The notes below the pieces were generated by a model, which had not been told where the DNA came from, did no database searches, and saw nothing but the letters and a program-made list of their open reading frames with translations. The position numbers and the translations under genes are program-made. Shown here in pieces: positions 27,334 through 32,000 of a stretch of DNA of 32,000 bases. Within the stretch, counting starts at the first letter, position 1; every line of letters starts with the position of its first letter. This stretch comes from Cylindrospermopsis raciborskii Cr2010 (lineage in GTDB: Bacteria > Cyanobacteriota > Cyanobacteriia > Cyanobacteriales > Nostocaceae), in assembly GCF_003367075.2 (NCBI RefSeq), contig NZ_CP065936.1:570001-602000 (forward strand), written 5' to 3'.

Positions 27334-27696
27334 GGCATCCTTCCCATCACCTGCGTCGTGCCGGTACGTCGATTTTAGCACAAGCAAAACTTTTGGATAT
27401 CCCTGTTGCCAAAATAGATATCCAGTGACCATCACTTTTGCCGATGGGTTGATCCTTGGACTTTTTTGCTAGCTAGTTGGCTGTAGATGTCTAATTCACT
27501 AGCTTTTTCGCCACTAGGCTCGAGGATAGACTAGTTTTTCTCCTATTTTTCCGCCCTTATTCTCAGCCTAAACCCAATATCATACTGGTCGCTGCTTTGT
27601 CAACCTATAATAATTTTATTAAAAGTTAGTAAAACTTTACATAAGATATTCTTATCCAAAATAGATAATAATTTTCAATGTTTGATGATTTATCTA

Positions 27697-28257
27697 CTAA
27701 TTCTCCTCTTGTATTAATATCCAGGAGAACTGTTGCAGACGCTGTTCGACAAGAACATGCCATTTCTCTAATGTTTGGAGAAAGTGGGGGTGTTGTAACT
27801 GAGAAATCCATAAAATCAAACCATCTTCCTGGTTATCCTGATAATAACGGGGTCTAATGCCCGCAGTTTTCCACCCAAACTTTTTATACAAGGAAATTGC
27901 TGGGGTGTTGGAAACACGAACTTCTAGTGTGGCCCGTTCTAATCCCATATCTACCGCGTCTTTTATCAGAGAGTATAATAGGGCTTGTCCTAGACCTTGA
28001 CCTTGATATTCCGGATGCACAGCTAAAATGGTAATGTGTGCTTCTTCTAAAACTGACCAAAAACAACCTATTCCTAGTAAGTCATGGCTGGGAATTAGTG
28101 AAAATAAACCGAGGAAGTGACTACTGATATTTTCTATCTCTTGGCGATAGCCTTCTATTGTCCACAGACCATCAAAACAAGCCTGATCAAGTTCTAGCAG
28201 GTCAGTTAAATGTTCTAAGGTCACGGGTTCAATTTTTAATTCGGATAATTTCACCAT
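27697..28257 (-). CDS. rimI: Ribosomal-protein-alanine N-acetyltransferase (GNAT family)
   Basis: GNAT motif A ILAVHPEYQGQGLGQALL and LEVRVSNTPAISLYKKFGW..AGIRPRYYQDNQEDGLILW are typical of RimI. The C-terminal ~30 aa extension is of uncertain validity. Confidence 0.75.
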   Translation of the reverse strand: MVKLSELKIEPVTLEHLTDLLELDQACFDGLWTIEGYRQEIENISSHFLGLFSLIPSHDLLGIGCFWSVLEEAHITILAVHPEYQGQGLGQALLYSLIKDAVDMGLERATLEVRVSNTPAISLYKKFGWKTAGIRPRYYQDNQEDGLILWISQLQHPHFLQTLEKWHVLVEQRLQQFSWILIQEEN

Positions 28258-28401
28258 ACTTCCCCTGTTCTATCTTCTTTTTAGAGCTTTTAGCTAGGTT
28301 TTTTGATAAAGTGGATGTCGGGAGTTTAGCTCCCACCATCAAAAGTTAACTCTAACCAACTCAAAAATCAAAGCTTTAATCAGGACAAATTTTAATTAAT
28401 T

Positions 28402-29802
28402 ATGGTATCGACTTACCCTGTCAAGGTTCAACCTTCCGGTCATCAGTATCTATCTATTGTAGATGTTCCTACCAGTGTTTCTCCTAATCAGCAACTTCTA
28501 CCTGTAAGTGCCAAAGTTATTGATCATGATTTCCTGGAAATTGGCGGGTGTGATGTTAAAACCCTGGTTCAACAGTTTGGCTCTCCCCTCTATATCCTAG
28601 ATGAACTAACTGTGCGCACCGCTTGTCAACAATATCGAGACGCCTTTAATAAATATTACAAAGGACAATCCCAAATATTGTATGCTTCTAAAGCATGGAA
28701 CTGTTTAGCAGTTTGTGCCATTGTTGCTTCAGAAGGTTTAGGAATAGATGTGGTATCTGGTGGGGAACTTTACACCGCTTTAACTGCGGGTATGAGTCCG
28801 GACAAAATCTACCTTCATGGCAATAATAAATCTCACCATGAACTGATTTTTGCCGTAGAGACAGGTTGCACAATCGTAGTTGACAACTGGTACGAATTAA
28901 AGACCCTGGTAGCTATCCTAGAGCAGGAGGACCAGGCTAAAAAAATCAGGATCATGTTACGGTTAACCCCGGGAATTGAATGTCATACCCATGAATATAT
29001 CCGTACTGGACATTTAGATAGTAAATTTGGTTTTGACCCCAATGACTTACCAGAGGTATTTAGCTTTGTCAGTCAACAGTCAAGACTACACTGTGTGGGT
29101 GTACATGCTCACATTGGTTCCCAAATTTTTGAACGTCAACCCCATCGAGATTTAGCCGCTGTCATGGTACAGTGGTTGCGTGAAGCAAAACAATACAATC
29201 TAGAATTGGCAGAGCTAAATGTTGGCGGTGGTCTGGGAATTAAGTATACCGAGTCCGATGATCCCCCAAGTATTGAAGAATGGTCTAGGGCAATTTGTGA
29301 AGTAGTTCAAAGTGTTTGCGCTGAAGAAAACTTACCCTTACCTAAACTTTTGTGTGAACCCGGGCGATCGCTGATTGCTACGGGAGGTGTAACTGCTTAC
29401 ACTATTGGTTCAACTAAGACCATTCCGGATATTCGTACCTATGTAACTATTGACGGAGGGATGTCCGATAATCCTCGTCCAATTACATATCAATCGGTTT
29501 ATCGAGCAGTGGTAGCCAATAAAATGTCTGCCCCCCTCACAGAAACGGTCACCTTAGCGGGTAAACACTGTGAATCGGGAGATATTCTGATTAAAAATGT
29601 CCAACTGCCAAAAACTGAGCCGGGGGATGTGCTAGTGGTTATGACAACGGGAGCATATAATTACAGTATGGCCTCCAACTACAATCGTTTACCCCGTCCA
29701 GCAGCTGTTCTAGTAGCCAATGGAGAGGCAAATTTAATTTTGCAACGGGAAACCTATCAAGATATCATCCGACAAGATTGTTTACCGGAAAGACTTAAAT
29801 AA
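28402..29802 (+). CDS. lysA: Diaminopimelate decarboxylase
   Basis: 466 aa with the fold-III PLP decarboxylase pattern: YASKAW (PLP lysine), HAHIGSQ, NVGGGLGI, EPGRSLIA and CESGD. Confidence 0.95.
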   Translation: MVSTYPVKVQPSGHQYLSIVDVPTSVSPNQQLLPVSAKVIDHDFLEIGGCDVKTLVQQFGSPLYILDELTVRTACQQYRDAFNKYYKGQSQILYASKAWNCLAVCAIVASEGLGIDVVSGGELYTALTAGMSPDKIYLHGNNKSHHELIFAVETGCTIVVDNWYELKTLVAILEQEDQAKKIRIMLRLTPGIECHTHEYIRTGHLDSKFGFDPNDLPEVFSFVSQQSRLHCVGVHAHIGSQIFERQPHRDLAAVMVQWLREAKQYNLELAELNVGGGLGIKYTESDDPPSIEEWSRAICEVVQSVCAEENLPLPKLLCEPGRSLIATGGVTAYTIGSTKTIPDIRTYVTIDGGMSDNPRPITYQSVYRAVVANKMSAPLTETVTLAGKHCESGDILIKNVQLPKTEPGDVLVVMTTGAYNYSMASNYNRLPRPAAVLVANGEANLILQRETYQDIIRQDCLPERLK

Positions 29803-29875
29803 TTAGAAGTAATTAAGAGAGTCATCAAGGAGCGAGTCTCTTGGATGGTTATTAACCTTAGTTTATCCAGATGTC

Positions 29876-30826
29876 ATGAGAAATTGGTGGAAGCAATGGC
29901 TGACGACAAACTTAGAATGGTCACAGTCCTTGCTGATTGGGACTCTGGATATTCTCTTGGTGGTCGGTTTGACATATATGATTCTGGTAATTATTAGTGA
30001 ACGTCGAACACTATGGATGGTAAGGGGGTTTATTTTTCTAATGTTGGCTTCAGCAATAAGTGGAGCTTTAAACCTCATTTTACTCAATTTTGTTTTAGAG
30101 AAGCTAGTTATTGGTTGTGCAGTGGCCATGGCCGTATCATTACAGTTGGAATTTCGCCGGTTTCTAGAACAACTAGGAAGAGGGGAGTTTCGCCAGTTAT
30201 TTCAACCTCACCGATTAACAGTAACTAAATCTGACAGCGTAATTGATGAAATTGTTGATTCTATCAAAGAACTTTCTAAAAATCGTATTGGTGCTTTATT
30301 AATTTTGGAGACTACTGAACCTATCGATGAGCGGGACTTCTCAGTACCAGGAGTAAAGTTAAATGCACAAGTGTCTAAGGAACTTCTACAGACGATTTTT
30401 CAGCCCAAAACCCTATTACACGATGGAGCAACTTTAATTCGGGGTTCACGGATTGTTTCATCAGGTATAATTTTACCACTCTCAGGACGTACGGCCTCCC
30501 GTCAGTTGGGAACAAGACACCGAGCAGCTATGGGAATCACTGAGCGAGTGGAAAATTGTATTTGTGTTGTGGTATCAGAAGAAACTGGTTCTATTTCCCT
30601 AGCGGAACGGGGAACTTTATATAGACCACTGACAATTAGGAAGCTAAAGGAGTCTCTGGAGGCTCGTTTTTCGACCACTGTGGATCGGGAAGTCGTTGCA
30701 CCTGGTGTTTTCGGTTTAGTTAGTCAAATTGCTAGTCAAATTTTTAGATTTGTTTTCCGTTTATTTAGATTACCATTATCTTTTGCCAAAAAAATCAGAC
30801 TGAAAAATGACAATACAACAAACTGA
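29876..30826 (+). CDS. cdaA: Diadenylate cyclase CdaA (c-di-AMP synthase)
   Basis: Three N-terminal TM helices precede the DAC domain: RIGALLILE...[14 protein letters not shown]...[13 protein letters not shown]...[16 protein letters not shown]. Confidence 0.85.
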   Translation: MRNWWKQWLTTNLEWSQSLLIGTLDILLVVGLTYMILVIISERRTLWMVRGFIFLMLASAISGALNLILLNFVLEKLVIGCAVAMAVSLQLEFRRFLEQLGRGEFRQLFQPHRLTVTKSDSVIDEIVDSIKELSKNRIGALLILETTEPIDERDFSVPGVKLNAQVSKELLQTIFQPKTLLHDGATLIRGSRIVSSGIILPLSGRTASRQLGTRHRAAMGITERVENCICVVVSEETGSISLAERGTLYRPLTIRKLKESLEARFSTTVDREVVAPGVFGLVSQIASQIFRFVFRLFRLPLSFAKKIRLKNDNTTN

Positions 30827-31556
30827 ACTTCTATATTTACCTCCCGATTTAAAACCAGAATTATTGCCTAAACATGTGGCCGTAATTATGGATGGCAATG
30901 GTCGATGGGCTAAAGGCCAGGGCCTTCCTCGAATTATGGGTCACAAGCAGGGTGTGGACGCTCTTAAAAACTTGCTACGCTGTTGCAAGGATTGGGGTAT
31001 TCAAGCTCTAACTGCTTATGCTTTTTCCACGGAAAACTGGAATAGACCACATGAAGAGGTGGAATTTTTAATGACTCTTTTCCAAGGGGTGCTACGTCAG
31101 GAACTACGGGAAATGGTTGAAGAAAATGTGGAAATTCAGTTTGTTGGCAATTTACAAGCCTTACCTGTAGCACTACAGCGGGAAATCTCCCACTCTATGG
31201 CACAAACTCGTGGTAATCAAAGTATTAAGTTTACTGTGGCTACCAATTATGGTGGTAGACAAGAAATTGTACAAGCTTGTCAAGCTATTGCTCAAAAAGT
31301 TAAAGAGGGCCTATTAAACCCAGAGGAAATTTCTGAGGAGTTATTTGCTGGTCACTTGTACACAGCAGGAATTGCAGACCCAGATTTACTCATCCGCACC
31401 AGTGGAGAAATGCGTTTATCTAATTTCTTGCTTTGGCAAATGGCTTATGCAGAAATTTATATCACTGATACTTTATGGCCAGATTTTGACAGGAACCAAT
31501 TCCATCAAGCTCTACGTGCTTATCAACAAAGAGAACGACGGTTCGGTGGAGTATAA
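30807..31556 (+). CDS. uppS: Isoprenyl transferase (undecaprenyl diphosphate synthase)
   Basis: [24 protein letters not shown] and [23 protein letters not shown] are present. The gene overlaps cdaA by 20 nt. Confidence 0.95.
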   Translation: MTIQQTELLYLPPDLKPELLPKHVAVIMDGNGRWAKGQGLPRIMGHKQGVDALKNLLRCCKDWGIQALTAYAFSTENWNRPHEEVEFLMTLFQGVLRQELREMVEENVEIQFVGNLQALPVALQREISHSMAQTRGNQSIKFTVATNYGGRQEIVQACQAIAQKVKEGLLNPEEISEELFAGHLYTAGIADPDLLIRTSGEMRLSNFLLWQMAYAEIYITDTLWPDFDRNQFHQALRAYQQRERRFGGV

Positions 31557-31558
31557 AA

Positions 31559-31825
31559 TCAAGGACCAGAAAAAACCGCTTGCTCTATATCTTTCCGACT
31601 TAGGGAATACCTAAAGGAACGTTGGATATCTTGACCATTTTCCCCCGCTTGGATATATCTTACTGTCAGCTGCTCAATATCTAGCCATAATTCTGCCTGC
31701 CATGTTTGCTTTTTTAACCGCCAACAATGTAGTTCTGTTTCGTCTTGTTGGCAACCCTGATGCTTTAACCACTCTTCAATTTGTGGTAAGGGATGATTGT
31801 ATAGGGGGGTCTCTGGGGATAACAT
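31559..31825 (-). CDS. DUF3143 domain-containing protein (cyanobacteria/plastid lineage)
   Basis: 88 aa. LYNHPLPQIEEWL...GC.QD...LHCW...W.AEL.LD.E.L.V.Y matches my recollection of DUF3143. Its stop lies 2 nt from the convergent uppS stop. Confidence 0.6.
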   Translation of the reverse strand: MLSPETPLYNHPLPQIEEWLKHQGCQQDETELHCWRLKKQTWQAELWLDIEQLTVRYIQAGENGQDIQRSFRYSLSRKDIEQAVFSGP

Positions 31826-31859
31826 AGATAATTAAAAATCAATAAATCACTATAGAGCA

Positions 31860-32000
31860 ATGGAAAAACCTGGCTCACCTCTTATAAATGCTACTAAGAT
31901 TACCAGTATCAAACAACCTATTATTGTCAGAGCTAGTACAAGCAGTATAAATAGTTCTCCAGATGATAAAGGGCGATCGCTCGCCTCTAAATACATAGAC
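31860..32000 (+). CDS. Hypothetical protein, 5' part only (runs off the right edge)
   Basis: The frame is open from ATG 31860 to the window end: MEKPGSPLINATKITSIKQPIIVRASTSSINSSPDDKGRSLASKYID. No family recognised. Confidence 0.3.
   Translation, partial: MEKPGSPLINATKITSIKQPIIVRASTSSINSSPDDKGRSLASKYID

Noticed and set aside
27334-27435. A 34-codon N-terminal extension of clpC in the ORF track ([34 protein letters not shown]).
   Set aside because: ClpC proteins begin at [12 protein letters not shown]. The extension has no protein-like character and is probably 5' leader.
27498-27540. A direct repeat ACTAG(C)TTTTTC occurs twice, 32 nt apart, amid a cluster of CTAG tetramers about 165-210 nt upstream of clpC.
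   Set aside because: It is only 11-12 nt, AT-rich and imperfect. No known motif is recognised, so it cannot be separated from chance without transcription start data.
1450-30228. The remaining short ORFs in the track that sit inside or antisense to the large genes, for example 1450-1716, 1948-2184, 4536-4826, 6220-6453, 7682-7936, 10049-10264, 12642-12878, 14104-14316, 15493-15792, 17176-17376, 20616-20804, 23942-24136, 25241-25501, 26513-26758, 27080-27262, 27626-27811, 27884-28066, 28158-28349, 28688-28873, 29863-30129, 30013-30228.
   Set aside because: Each is fully or mostly nested in a longer ORF with clear family motifs. Their peptides are low-complexity or rich in Ser, Arg and Leu, as is typical of off-frame translation.

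Overview
This is a chromosomal segment of a cyanobacterium, most likely a filamentous Nostocales-type organism. The inference rests on gene content (ndhF3-ndhD3-cupA CO2-uptake operon, lysA-cdaA-uppS, DUF2949 and DUF3143 families). It also rests on at least 12 perfect HIP1 octamers GCGATCGC read by eye, where roughly 0.5 would be expected by chance. About 26 protein-coding genes are present, and nearly all are recognisable core functions. They are two LCP-family envelope proteins, an AI-2E transporter, queD, the NDH-1MS module, a Uma2 endonuclease and Tex. They also include an ABC-2 exporter pair, manC, DUF2949, DUF192, a TPR protein and a metal-binding lipoprotein. The rest are a WD40 protein, a COG0523 GTPase, a GH57 glycosidase, clpC, rimI, lysA, cdaA, uppS and DUF3143. 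I saw no rRNA, tRNA, CRISPR array, transposase, integrase or recognisable defence gene. I do not see a convincing new multi-gene system and will not claim one. Six things are not ordinary. (1) A 2.4-copy tandem array of a 194-bp unit built from four hairpin modules sits directly after cupA, where cupS would be expected. (2) A 120-bp MITE-like family occurs in four copies, and a solo terminus supplies a Shine-Dalgarno sequence. (3) An AT-rich lipoprotein gene for a metal-binding protein lacks one canonical ligand; it is bracketed by two MITE copies and lies next to a truncated P450 gene. (4) A Fur/Zur-type box precedes a COG0523-WD40 pair. (5) An LCP gene is divergent from manC plus an ABC-2 exporter, which could be a locus for a peptidoglycan-linked polysaccharide. 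(6) A Uma2 protein carries a 42-bp in-frame repeat kept identical at the protein level by synonymous changes. All family assignments come from reading motifs, not from searches.
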